From an uncultured Pseudomonadales bacterium (GTDB lineage Bacteria > Patescibacteriota > Microgenomatia > UBA1400 > PJMF01), in the NCBI GenBank assembly GCA_964650185.1, contig CAZYRN010000001.1:46284-110283 (forward strand): DNA of 64,000 nt, written 5' to 3'. Positions 39,678 through 48,446 of the stretch are shown piece after piece. Both the position numbers and the translations under genes were made by a program. The stretch's first letter is position 1; each line of letters begins with the position of its first letter. The notes beneath the pieces were generated by a model. The model saw only the letters and a list, made by a program, of their open reading frames with translations. It made no database searches and was not told where the DNA came from.

Positions 39678-40655
39678 TTAAGGGCAGGTTAAGAGCCAGG
39701 CTTGAAGTGATATTGATATATTTTGGTCGAGATTGAAGGCGAGTAAAGCTGATTCTTGCTCAGGGAGTGTGGTTAACCATAAGTCTTGAAAAACAATTTG
39801 GTTTAAATTTCCATCTGCCTGAGTAACTTCATACAGCTGCGGCCGATCTTGAATTGATGAGGTAAAAACTGGTTGATGCCATGTTAAAGTTGAGTAAATG
39901 CCGTCATGAGTCAGATCAACAGTTATAGGAATTTTTTTAAACTTGATCTGATTAGCAGGACAATTATTAACTAAAACAGCTGTGTTTTTAGTCACTAGCT
40001 GCAGATTTTTTAACTCTACTCTGGTGGGGGATTGGTCATCAATGGTGTCACCGCTCCAAAAGATAAGATTTAATTTTGATTCTTGGTTATGAGCAGCCAA
40101 TTCAGCGATTTTTTCTTCATAGACTGATAAATCCAGCACCACATTCTTCCAGCCGGTTTGAAATTGACCATCTTCCCTTTTTTGTTTAGCCTCAGCAGCA
40201 GCTACATGAAAGATAGGCTGTGAGGATAACTTAACTTCAAAACCTGGCTGATCAAAACCGGGTAAATATTCTGTTGTGATCAAGTTATAGTCGAATGTCA
40301 GTAGCCAGTTGAGCTCTGCTACTTCGTACTGTTTAGTTTGATTTTGTAAATCGAGCAACTCATTTTCTAAAACTAGCTTATCTCGACTAGTCTCACTGGA
40401 GGTTTGAGAAATTTTTGTTTTCTCATCTGCAGGTGGCTGGCTAACTAATGGCAGCTCATTTTCATCCTCAAGTTCAATTTGGGGGTTTTTCTGCTGTTGT
40501 TGGTTTGTATCCATCCCCTTAACTGCTGGTTCCAGCGCGAGCTGTTTTAACTGGCTTTCTGTCTTGCTAAAACCTAACTGAAAAGAATCATCTGGCAAAC
40601 TTAACAGTCCGATTACCAGCCAGCTCCAGATGACTAGCCAGCTAGTTTTTCTCAT
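39678..40655 (-). CDS. Secreted/anchored hypothetical protein immediately downstream of sipW
   Basis: 325 aa. N-terminal signal anchor (WLVIWSWLVIGLLSLP). Overlaps the sipW stop by 4 nt. No recognisable domain. Confidence 0.4.
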   Translation of the reverse strand: MRKTSWLVIWSWLVIGLLSLPDDSFQLGFSKTESQLKQLALEPAVKGMDTNQQQQKNPQIELEDENELPLVSQPPADEKTKISQTSSETSRDKLVLENELLDLQNQTKQYEVAELNWLLTFDYNLITTEYLPGFDQPGFEVKLSSQPIFHVAAAEAKQKREDGQFQTGWKNVVLDLSVYEEKIAELAAHNQESKLNLIFWSGDTIDDQSPTRVELKNLQLVTKNTAVLVNNCPANQIKFKKIPITVDLTHDGIYSTLTWHQPVFTSSIQDRPQLYEVTQADGNLNQIVFQDLWLTTLPEQESALLAFNLDQNISISLQAWLLTCP

Positions 40656-41143
40656 TTTCTTCTAGCAAAACTCTCCACCAAAAATATGGCGGCAGGAATA
40701 AAGATTGCTGCCAATATACCATAGCCATTTTTTAGCTGCGCCAGCCACCAACCTACGTGGGGAATTAAGACTGTAACTTTACCCAAGACTGCGGAATTTA
40801 AAACAACTTCCGGTTCGTAATTTTGATTAGCATCACCCTTGGTAACATAGCTCTTTTCCTCTAAGTTTGGCGAAACTTTGTGTATTCGGTGGATGACCAA
40901 CTGCTCACCAGTTGCGGTCTGATATTTAAAAGCGATCACATCCCCAACTAAATATTCATCACTGGACTGAATAACAACCAAGCTCCCCATGGGCAAGGCT
41001 GGTTCCATTGACCCAGATTTGATTATCACCGGTTGATAGAGCTGCTGACCAACTGATGTCAATGGAACCAATAGCATTATGCTGACTAAAATCATTACTC
41101 CCAAAAGCATGTAGCTACAAATTTTAATGATCACAGACAGCAT
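40652..41143 (-). CDS. sipW: Signal peptidase I, SipW/ER-archaeal type
   Basis: N-terminal TM then IKSGSMEPALPMGSLVVI (the SGSMEP box of ER/SipW-type S26 peptidases) and GDVIAF. 163 aa. Confidence 0.8.
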   Translation of the reverse strand: MLSVIIKICSYMLLGVMILVSIMLLVPLTSVGQQLYQPVIIKSGSMEPALPMGSLVVIQSSDEYLVGDVIAFKYQTATGEQLVIHRIHKVSPNLEEKSYVTKGDANQNYEPEVVLNSAVLGKVTVLIPHVGWWLAQLKNGYGILAAIFIPAAIFLVESFARRK

Positions 41144-41171
41144 TGCTTTTTCTCCCTACCTCTTCCGTCAG

Positions 41172-41873
41172 TTAATAAGTAGTCTGTTGACCATAGAACT
41201 CAAAGTCGAGCTTCACAGTGCAATTCTGATACTCAATCCCAGCCTCTGGATCAAACTGCCAGGTAAAAAACAGCCCCTTGCCAGTACCATTAATTCCGCC
41301 AATTAAATCATCAGTTATCAACCCAGGTAGCACCGCCTCACCTGCCTCTAGATCAAACATCGCACCATTGTGAACCACATCCAAACCTGCAAATAACTCC
41401 ACCAATGTCAAGCCATCAGCATTGGTATCATAACTTGCTTCAAAGGTCGGCAGTAAGTTTTCTCCCTCATCCATGACGCCATTGGCATTGCGGTCATACC
41501 AGGCATCAATTAAATTAATCACTTCATCCAGATGTTTTTCGCCATAATAGATGCGATCTGTCATCGTCATCAAGACCGCATCAGCATCAATCTCACCGGT
41601 GTTTCTCACAAAAATTTGAGATTCAACCGTTTGCCCTGGCACCCAGTACTGAGAAGACGACCAGGTATTGGATGTGGTATCACTCCAATACTGAATTAAT
41701 GTATCAGCAACCTGATCTGAATTAGTGTCAGTGTCACTAATCTGGATCTGGAAAATACCCGCATAAAACTTATTTTCATCAGCAATTACCAGATCCGAGA
41801 AGATGGCATACCCATAGCCAATAGCAAAGATGCTAAGTAATAAGATTAATACTGAGAGCGAAAGTTTCTTCAT
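41172..41873 (-). CDS. TasA/camelysin-like (peptidase M73 family) secreted protein with SipW-cognate signal peptide
   Basis: Start set at ATG 41873, preceded by AAAGGAGGGG. MKKLSLSVLILLLSIFAIGYGYAIFSD...FYAGIFQIQ matches the SipW-dependent signal class (G-x-G-x-A-x-F-[SN]-D then F-x-[AS]-G-x-ϕ, ϕ = hydrophobic). IFVRNTGEIDADAVL matches the camelysin core. Confidence 0.7.
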   Translation of the reverse strand: MKKLSLSVLILLLSIFAIGYGYAIFSDLVIADENKFYAGIFQIQISDTDTNSDQVADTLIQYWSDTTSNTWSSSQYWVPGQTVESQIFVRNTGEIDADAVLMTMTDRIYYGEKHLDEVINLIDAWYDRNANGVMDEGENLLPTFEASYDTNADGLTLVELFAGLDVVHNGAMFDLEAGEAVLPGLITDDLIGGINGTGKGLFFTWQFDPEAGIEYQNCTVKLDFEFYGQQTTY

Positions 41874-41955
41874 TTTCTCCCCTCCTTTCAACTACAGCTT
41901 AGCTGGACATAGTTAAACTAAATGTAGGAAGAGCAGAGAGAAATGTGAAAGCTGG

Positions 41956-42303
41956 CTAAAACTCTTTCAGCAGCTCAGGTTTAACATTAAGATCTTGAAA
42001 TTGCTGCCGACGATACAACATGCCGATAATGGCATAAACAGCAATGTCGGTCCAAGTATCTTCAATTGATTCATTAGCTGGTTGATCCTGTGACATCAGT
42101 AAGTTTTTCAAACGTTGAGTTTTTTCCAAAATTCGCATGGAAATCCCCAATTCTTCAATCGAGAGAATGTTTTCTTTACCGTAATCTTTATGTTTTTTTA
42201 AAAAAACTTGCAGCAACTCATCGGTAATCTGAGCAAAAGCCTCATCAAGGGTTTTGGGTGATGAAGCAGAAACTGACTGAGATGATGATTGAGGCTGAGA
42301 CAT
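41956..42303 (-). CDS. Hypothetical small acidic protein (possibly all-alpha MazG-like NTP-pyrophosphohydrolase fold)
   Basis: 115 aa. KHKDYGKENIL...EELGISMRILEKTQRLKNLL...EDTWTDIAVYAIIGML. Weak resemblance only. Confidence 0.3.
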   Translation of the reverse strand: MSQPQSSSQSVSASSPKTLDEAFAQITDELLQVFLKKHKDYGKENILSIEELGISMRILEKTQRLKNLLMSQDQPANESIEDTWTDIAVYAIIGMLYRRQQFQDLNVKPELLKEF

Positions 42304-42360
42304 ATGATTCCTTTAAGTTATTAACTTTGGCAATATTGCTAATGATACACTAACTGCTAA

Positions 42361-42894
42361 ATGTGGGGACAGTATATTTTACTAGTTTTTCTGATTATTA
42401 TGGCGGGATTGATGGTGCGGCTGATGGTGCGGCTGTTGTTTCGCCTATATATTTCACTTCAAGGAGCTTTTTTTGCAGAAACGAGTGACACGCGCATTAA
42501 ACAATTTATGAGCCTAGTACCGCTCAAAAAAGGGATGATAGCAGCAGATCTTGGTTCTGGAGATGGTAGAATTTTAATCAAATTAGCCCAGAAAGCAAAT
42601 CTGACGGCGGTGGGTTATGAGATTGATCCTAAATTAGTTAAACTTTCCCGAGCCAAAATAGCAGAGGCAGGCTTAAGCTCAAGAATTACGATTAAGCAAC
42701 AAAGTTTTTGGCGCGCTGAGTTAGGAAACTTTGATCTAGTAACTGTTTACGGCGTGCAAGAGATGATGCCGCGACTTGAGAAAAAACTTTTGAAAGAACT
42801 TAAAAAGGGAGCAAGCATAGTGTCTGTTTACTTCAAATTTCCCAGTTGGATGGAAAAAAAGAGACTGGGAGATATTAGACTTTATCAAAAGTAA
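42361..42894 (+). CDS. Class I SAM-dependent methyltransferase (small)
   Basis: Motif I AADLGSGDGRILIKLA, with post-I acidic and motif II regions. 177 aa. Confidence 0.6.
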   Translation: MWGQYILLVFLIIMAGLMVRLMVRLLFRLYISLQGAFFAETSDTRIKQFMSLVPLKKGMIAADLGSGDGRILIKLAQKANLTAVGYEIDPKLVKLSRAKIAEAGLSSRITIKQQSFWRAELGNFDLVTVYGVQEMMPRLEKKLLKELKKGASIVSVYFKFPSWMEKKRLGDIRLYQK

Positions 42895-42907
42895 CCCAGC
42901 TGCATAA

Positions 42908-42936
42908 TTGCCTGATTGGGAGATTATGGGTATAAT
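42908..42936 (+). promoter_or_regulatory. Candidate promoter for tRNA-Glu (TTGCCT-N17-TATAAT)
   Basis: Hexamers with 17-nt spacing. The predicted TSS lies about 30 nt upstream of the tRNA 5' end. Confidence 0.35.
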
Positions 42937-42973
42937 TCAGTACTCAATCTAGTTTTGACATGCTAAAGATTTT

Positions 42974-43046
42974 GGCCCCATCGTCTAGTGGCCTAGGACA
43001 TCGCCCTCTCACGGCGAAAACGCGGGTTCGATTCCCGCTGGGGTCA
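42974..43046 (+). tRNA. tRNA-Glu (anticodon CUC), 3' CCA not encoded
   Basis: Cloverleaf drawn by hand. Acceptor GGCCCCA/TGGGGTC with G2·U71. D-arm GUCUAGUGGCCUAGGAC. Anticodon stem UCGCC/GGCGA with loop CU-CUC-AC. T-arm GCGGG-UUCGAUU-CCCGC. Discriminator A is followed by CAT. Near-identical in layout to E. coli tRNA-Glu. Confidence 0.9.
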
Positions 43047-43217
43047 CATACACGCATATACACGAACATACATTGATATACGTTTACATAGCTTCCTTCA
43101 TAATTTCGTCAATTTTTTTGAATAAATTTTTTATTAGTGACTAAACAGGCGTTGAGGAGGATGGAGACAGGAGTTTATTTCAATAAAGCTTTTAATGAAT
43201 ACAGATGAGTATTATTT

Positions 43218-44258
43218 ATGTATAATACCAGCTTCTTTATGTCACACGAATATACATCAGAGTATGCTAGAAAATATATAGAATCGACTCTAGCATCTCC
43301 ATACACAATCTACAAAAATAAAGTCATTGCAGATTTATGCACTGGCTTTCAATCTGTTTGGGATTTGGGTGGCAATGTTTCTGGACTAATTAGACAACCA
43401 GGTTCTTTGAGATTTCAATTAGAAAAAAAAGGCGTTGATTACAGATCTATTGATTTAGTCCCAGCCTACTTTAGCACTGTATTTGCTAAAAGTCTTGGAG
43501 TTGATGGATCTTCAATTTTCCCTAGCTTATTGGGAGTAGTTGGTGATATCCAGGAACTTCCTTTAGCATCTGATTCATTAGAAGTAGTTATTTCTGCAGA
43601 TGTTATTGAGCACATTCCTAATCCAAGTCAAGCAATATTAGAAATAAAAAGAGTGCTAAAACCAGGGGGAAAGGCAATCATTGTTGTTCCATCTTTATAT
43701 AAACTAGATGCTATTCACGCTGATCATGTTGAGGAAAAAAGATATTCGTCTCACGAAAATAAGCTGACCTTTGCAGAATGGCAAAAACTAATTGAAGGTA
43801 GTGGCCTAAGTATTGATATTGAACAATCAAGACCACTAGGTATCCTCTCTGGCTTATTATATGTAGCTTGGCTAGATGAGAGATTTGTTCCTCAAAAAGC
43901 TTCACAACGAGAAAAAGAGACATTCTCAAAAGAAGCAATTCTCTTCAAAAAAGTGAAAAATGTAGTATCCGCTCTAGATGCCGAATTTGACGAACTCCTG
44001 AGAGCAGATCAAGATCTCCCGCAAACACTGATTGATTTACTCAAATCTGGTGATATTTATGGACTATTAGACAAAATAAAAGAAATTGTCACTGCCAGAA
44101 TGGGAGAAACAGATCTAACAAACCTTGAAACTTTACTTGAAATTATAGCTGAAAATCATCTAAATCAGGAATCTCTTGTAAAAATACAAAATCTAGCAAA
44201 CAATCAAGGAAATCTTTTTCTTGGAAACTCTGCTCTATTTGTAGCTACAAATGAATAA
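43218..44258 (+). CDS. Class I SAM-dependent methyltransferase (Methyltransf_11-like) with C-terminal extension; AT-rich
   Basis: VIADLCTGFQSVWDLGGNVSG (motif I-like) and LEVVISADVIEHIPNPSQAILEIKRVLKPGGKAII (motifs II/III). 346 aa. Confidence 0.55.
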   Translation: MYNTSFFMSHEYTSEYARKYIESTLASPYTIYKNKVIADLCTGFQSVWDLGGNVSGLIRQPGSLRFQLEKKGVDYRSIDLVPAYFSTVFAKSLGVDGSSIFPSLLGVVGDIQELPLASDSLEVVISADVIEHIPNPSQAILEIKRVLKPGGKAIIVVPSLYKLDAIHADHVEEKRYSSHENKLTFAEWQKLIEGSGLSIDIEQSRPLGILSGLLYVAWLDERFVPQKASQREKETFSKEAILFKKVKNVVSALDAEFDELLRADQDLPQTLIDLLKSGDIYGLLDKIKEIVTARMGETDLTNLETLLEIIAENHLNQESLVKIQNLANNQGNLFLGNSALFVATNE

Positions 44259-44359
44259 AATCACTTTTGTCTTTTTAAATTTGGTAGCATCACATAACCT
44301 TAGTTCAATACCCTATGGGGATGTAATAAAGCCGAGAGCCTTTACATCTGCGTAAAAAA

Positions 44360-44376
44360 GGTCAAATAGTTTGACC
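44360..44376 (-). terminator. Rho-independent-type hairpin (GGTCAAA-tag-TTTGACC) followed by T6 on the minus strand
   Basis: 7-bp perfect stem, 3-nt loop, with a run of six A immediately 5' on the plus strand (T-tract on minus). Abuts the stop of the minus-strand small ORF 44362..44595. Confidence 0.4.
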
Positions 44377-44749
44377 AGATCCGAGATGATTTGGTTCGGT
44401 TTCCAAAGGTGTGGGGTCACCATTTTCGCATTTTTCATCAACAAGTGACTGGATTAGCTCGAAGGATGGGGATAAATTTGCTGGTTCGGATTTTTTGTCT
44501 TCTGATACAAGCAAGGTGTTGAGAAACGCTGTTGAATATCGAGAAACACTTTTTGAAGTAGCGCTTGCTGTTTTGGAAAATCTAATTTCTCCCACCTTCT
44601 CCAGCTAAAACATCCACAGTGAAATTCGCACTGTCCTCTTTGGGTCTAAAATAGCCGCCGCCATCTTCATTTAAGTCTATCACATGGATATCTACTAACT
44701 GGGCCTGGTCAGTGCTTTTTTTATCATCCTGAGCAATAATATATGGCTA

Positions 44750-45451
44750 ATGCTTAAATTTAATTATAACCTATTCCAACATTCTCTCGTTTCCAAAAAA
44801 CAATTGATCGTTGTATTACTAGCGGGGGACCTAATAATTTTTGTTTTTCATCTCCTCTTTAATCAGTATCAGTTTTTTCACTTTGATTTTGAGCAGAATT
44901 TACCCACTTATTATCAGTCATTTAAACTAATCTTTTTTGGCATATTCTTCTTGGCCATAAGTCTAAAATCTTTTCATAATAATATTACTAAATTTTTTAT
45001 GCTTCCTTTGGCTATGTTTTTATTTCTGCTTGGTCTGGATGAGTTGCTGCAAATTCACGAAAATATTTATCGCATCTTTACGTTCGTCGACTGGTTTCAT
45101 CCCAGTAAAATCGTGGCAGCATCCATGAAAATGGGCTATCGATCTTCGTTGTGGATCCTATATTACTTACCGCTACTCTTACTATTCGTATTCTGGAGCG
45201 GATACTGGATGAACTATTTTCAATCTCGTTTAAATAACAATTTTAGTTTATTTATGCTTAGTTTTATTTCATTTTTCACAATTATTATCACTGAAATCTT
45301 GAGTTCTACAGGAACGTATAGCGACGCTGTATATTTTTTGCTCGTGACTATAGAGGAAACAGCTGAAATGCTATTAGCTACATTTCTGATTCTAGTTGGC
45401 GTGCAGCTGCTCAAGTTCACCCAAGACTCACTTCATGAGACTAATAATTAG
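44750..45451 (+). CDS. Hypothetical polytopic membrane protein (AT-rich accessory gene)
   Basis: 233 aa with about 6 TM helices. No known motif. Confidence 0.4.
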   Translation: MLKFNYNLFQHSLVSKKQLIVVLLAGDLIIFVFHLLFNQYQFFHFDFEQNLPTYYQSFKLIFFGIFFLAISLKSFHNNITKFFMLPLAMFLFLLGLDELLQIHENIYRIFTFVDWFHPSKIVAASMKMGYRSSLWILYYLPLLLLFVFWSGYWMNYFQSRLNNNFSLFMLSFISFFTIIITEILSSTGTYSDAVYFLLVTIEETAEMLLATFLILVGVQLLKFTQDSLHETNN

Positions 45452-45880
45452 CCTAAACTATTTTAAGGTAGACTAATTCTGCTAGCAAAGATAAACCAAA
45501 TAATTAAGCCAATCAGATGAAAAATGGAAAAATTGGTCAAAAGTGACTTAATACCTTTTTTAGAGGGAAGATTTGGGGTTGAATTTGGGGGTGTGTGCAT
45601 TTGTAAATATTCTAGTAATAAAAAGCGGTGGTGTTAAAGAGCTGGAGGGAAAGCCATATCTGCACTATTTTGTTACAGTTATTGACATTTAATGGGCTTA
45701 TAATATTTAATTATTAGATAATTCTTATAAAATTTAAAACTAATCTGTTTTGATTAATAATCTTTGAGGAGCATTCGCATGTCAAATATCACAGCTAAAG
45801 AAATCCATCACCAAGAAACAGATAAACCTATTAAAAATTCCGAGAAAAGATCACGGCGTTAATACTCCAGAATAAACGCG

Positions 45881-46861
45881 GTGATTTATGGCGCCTTAAT
45901 TGCTGTAACTGCAGCTGCCGAATTTAATAATGCAATTCCTGCTCGTGCAGAGGATGCAACTCCAACTTCTACACCCACTCCTGGTGAGTCTGATCCAAGC
46001 TTAGTGGTTACTGAAGCTGCCAGAAATGCTGCAGAGACAGAGGTAGCTTATGAGAAGCTTCCGGAAACTACACCTTATAGGTGGGTTTCAGATGAAGTTA
46101 AAAATGAGCCCGGTCATGAAAGATTTTCTGGAGAACTTTATCAACTGCCAGATGGTAAACCACTTAAACCTGGGGATGTAATAAGAATTTCTGTATATGT
46201 TCCTAGTGATAGTCTTTTTGGTTTTGGAACTTTACAGAATGATGAGAATATATCTGCTTGGATTTCAGAGCAGAATATGCTCCCAGGCGAGACTCCGTCA
46301 CCGCTCTTAGCCGGAGCAACTCATGGCAGGTACCAGGAACTGCTCGTAGTTGTTGGTCCTGACGGAAAAATTACCTTTAATGTACAAACAGAAGCTGATG
46401 AAAGTCCTGGCTCATGTTTTGTGATTGTAAATGTATTAGGAATCGTTGATCTGAATACACCCGTTCCTCCTGTAGAGTCCACAGCTACGGCTGTGTTTGC
46501 TACAGCTACTCTTGCCCAAAATCCAGAACAAGACGAGCTCACTCAACCACCCAGCGATCAAGATGAACCAAGAAATCCCAACCCAACCCCAACTCCTCAG
46601 CCCGCAGATACTCCGGAGGCACCCCCTGAACCAGGTGCTGAAAGTGACATTGAGCTTGATGAAATTCCTTACCGAGGTGAAATGGATGAAGCAGGACTTA
46701 CAACTCTTCGTGAAAATATAACATCTGAGGAGTGGATTAGTATCACTGATGACAATTTAATTATTCTATGGTTGGGAACGATCGGTGCAGCAATTGCCCT
46801 GGCTTATTGGTCTTGGAAAGACGATGAGACCGGTAATGAAGACAGCCAGTCTGATAACTAA
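45881..46861 (+). CDS. Secreted acidic Pro/Thr-rich protein with C-terminal TM anchor. An in-frame upstream segment (45779-45859, with SD+ATG) is separated from it by TAA at 45860-45862
   Basis: The ORF begins mid signal-peptide (IYGALIAVTAAAEF..ARA/ED). PTSTPTPG and PNPTPTPQPADTPEAPPEPG low-complexity linkers. C-terminal TM ILWLGTIGAAIALAYW followed by an acidic tail. Confidence 0.4.
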   Translation: MIYGALIAVTAAAEFNNAIPARAEDATPTSTPTPGESDPSLVVTEAARNAAETEVAYEKLPETTPYRWVSDEVKNEPGHERFSGELYQLPDGKPLKPGDVIRISVYVPSDSLFGFGTLQNDENISAWISEQNMLPGETPSPLLAGATHGRYQELLVVVGPDGKITFNVQTEADESPGSCFVIVNVLGIVDLNTPVPPVESTATAVFATATLAQNPEQDELTQPPSDQDEPRNPNPTPTPQPADTPEAPPEPGAESDIELDEIPYRGEMDEAGLTTLRENITSEEWISITDDNLIILWLGTIGAAIALAYWSWKDDETGNEDSQSDN

Positions 46862-46866
46862 GGTCT

Positions 46867-47838
46867 TTGATCAACCTGAGGCGAAAATTAAATCAGTCTG
46901 CCATGTCTAAACCTGAATATTCTCCTTCCAGTCTAGATTGTCAAAAATGGGGATTAATTTTTAATTATCTCACTCAATCTCTTGGCATAAAAGTTGGCTT
47001 AACGATCTTGATAACTTGGCTGGCATTTGTCAACGAAGATCAATATTGGGAGACTGAAAATCTTAGCCTAGTTATTCCAGTTGCAGCCGAACTCACCGAT
47101 GATTTTGATAAAAATGGCAGTCTCCCAGCCACAAATACAGTCACTACCACTTCCCCAGACTTGCCCATAGAAAAAATATTATCAAGCCATGAGGGAGTTA
47201 TTGATAGTGATCAAGTTCATGAGCGTGGTTCATTTAATTCCATGTTCTATGGTATTGATCTAGCAAAACCACTAAATTTTGTTATTCCTCCAAGCATTAA
47301 CCCTCATGCTGATCAAGATATTGCAATTAATATTGATACTCCGTTTTCTTTAAAAGTAAACAGCTGGATTAAATTTAGAGATGAAATAATTAGGTTTAAT
47401 GAGTACTTGCGTAACAATGAGTACGCCATCACTGCTTCTGGACTTTATGGCGATCATTACTACCTAATTCACTCAGGTATAGTGGCTGATCCAAATATAG
47501 AATCTGGTTACCGCATCTATCCTGGAGAGTATCTAAGACATATGGGAGATGAAATTGTCGGTACACAACTTAAACTTGGGCAGATAGATTCAAATCAAGC
47601 GCTAAATACAGAACTTATCCTAACTGCGGTAGATGTAATCGATTTAAACAGCGAAGCATTTTGGGAAAGCTTTCAGCAAATAGATAGTGGACCACTTTTT
47701 ATCAACCCAGAGCTGCTTGGAATTAACATAAAGTATTTTGGCGAAAATTATATCAAGATAGTAACTTGTGATTTAAATGGTGATATTACAATCATTATCT
47801 ATGGGGTCAATCAAACCAAAGCAGATCAGTCCAGTTAA
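46867..47838 (+). CDS. Hypothetical protein (N-terminal anchor, 323 aa)
   Basis: Single N-terminal hydrophobic segment (VGLTILITWLAFV), then a soluble domain with no recognised motif. AT-rich. Confidence 0.4.
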   Translation: MINLRRKLNQSAMSKPEYSPSSLDCQKWGLIFNYLTQSLGIKVGLTILITWLAFVNEDQYWETENLSLVIPVAAELTDDFDKNGSLPATNTVTTTSPDLPIEKILSSHEGVIDSDQVHERGSFNSMFYGIDLAKPLNFVIPPSINPHADQDIAINIDTPFSLKVNSWIKFRDEIIRFNEYLRNNEYAITASGLYGDHYYLIHSGIVADPNIESGYRIYPGEYLRHMGDEIVGTQLKLGQIDSNQALNTELILTAVDVIDLNSEAFWESFQQIDSGPLFINPELLGINIKYFGENYIKIVTCDLNGDITIIIYGVNQTKADQSS

Positions 47839-47898
47839 CTGTTTTTTTAGTTTCTTTTTGATATACTAATTACATTACTCACATTCTAAAGGAGTGTC

Positions 47899-48441
47899 AT
47901 GCTAGCCTATCTCACTAGTCCTGAAGCAAAAAAGTACATAAGTCGCCTGGAGGAAGTTTTTTCCTCTCTGCCAAAGCTACCGCAAAATTTTATTGATTTT
48001 CTCGTTCGGGTCTTACCTTGGTTGGTAGCGCTGGGCGGAATTTTAAGTGCCTTGAGCGTGATTTCTTCCTTAAGATTAGCGCTTGGCATGACACCTAACC
48101 AAGAGCTGTGGAATGAAATAGTAAAAATTAGCCCAATTTATTACTATATTGGCGCTGCTGTTCAAGCAGGTGCGGCATTCCTTGCTTATCTAGCTTTTAA
48201 TCCACTCAAGGAGCAAAAGCTGGAAGGTTGGATCTATGTTTTTTGGACTAGCATACTTAGCCTTGTATCTACTGCTGCGGCTATTATTTTCGCCAGCGGT
48301 TCCATTGTTTGGTCAATTTTCTGGGTCTTAGTAGGCTGGTACCTGCTATTTCAGATTAAACCAGCTTATAATGGCGGAGCTGTTAAAGCTGATGCTGCGA
48401 CAAAACCAGCTGCAAAAAAGACCAAAAAGTCAGCCAAGTAA
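47899..48441 (+). CDS. Hypothetical membrane protein with Lys-rich tail
   Basis: 180 aa, 4 TM helices. AAGGAG RBS 8 nt upstream. C-terminal KPAAKKTKKSAK. Confidence 0.45.
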   Translation: MLAYLTSPEAKKYISRLEEVFSSLPKLPQNFIDFLVRVLPWLVALGGILSALSVISSLRLALGMTPNQELWNEIVKISPIYYYIGAAVQAGAAFLAYLAFNPLKEQKLEGWIYVFWTSILSLVSTAAAIIFASGSIVWSIFWVLVGWYLLFQIKPAYNGGAVKADAATKPAAKKTKKSAK

Positions 48442-48446
48442 GCTAG

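Noticed and set aside
42955-42960. TTGACA hexamer 14 nt upstream of tRNA-Glu as its -35 element
   Set aside because: It is too close to the mature 5' end to serve a promoter with a downstream -10. The TTGCCT-N17-TATAAT pair at 42908-42936 is better positioned.
44393-44424. tmRNA or a second tRNA gene ending in ...TGGGGTCACCA
   Set aside because: Only a T-arm/acceptor 3' half is recognisable. No complementary 5' acceptor strand, D-arm or anticodon arm exists within 80 nt upstream, and a 350-nt tmRNA would overlap the methyltransferase CDS. It is better explained as a decayed att-site copy of the tRNA-Glu 3' end.
44362-44608. Small ORFs 44362..44595 (-) and 44411..44608 (+) as protein-coding genes
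   Set aside because: They overlap each other on opposite strands. Neither has an ATG with an RBS, and the translations are low complexity. They are retained only as a possible remnant or sRNA region in the findings.
45451-45880. Promoter-like TTGACA...TATAAT elements in the 430-bp AT-rich spacer
   Set aside because: Hexamer spacing is 11-13 nt, outside the functional range, and the AT richness makes chance matches frequent. The strong SD + ATG at 45779 is the informative feature there.
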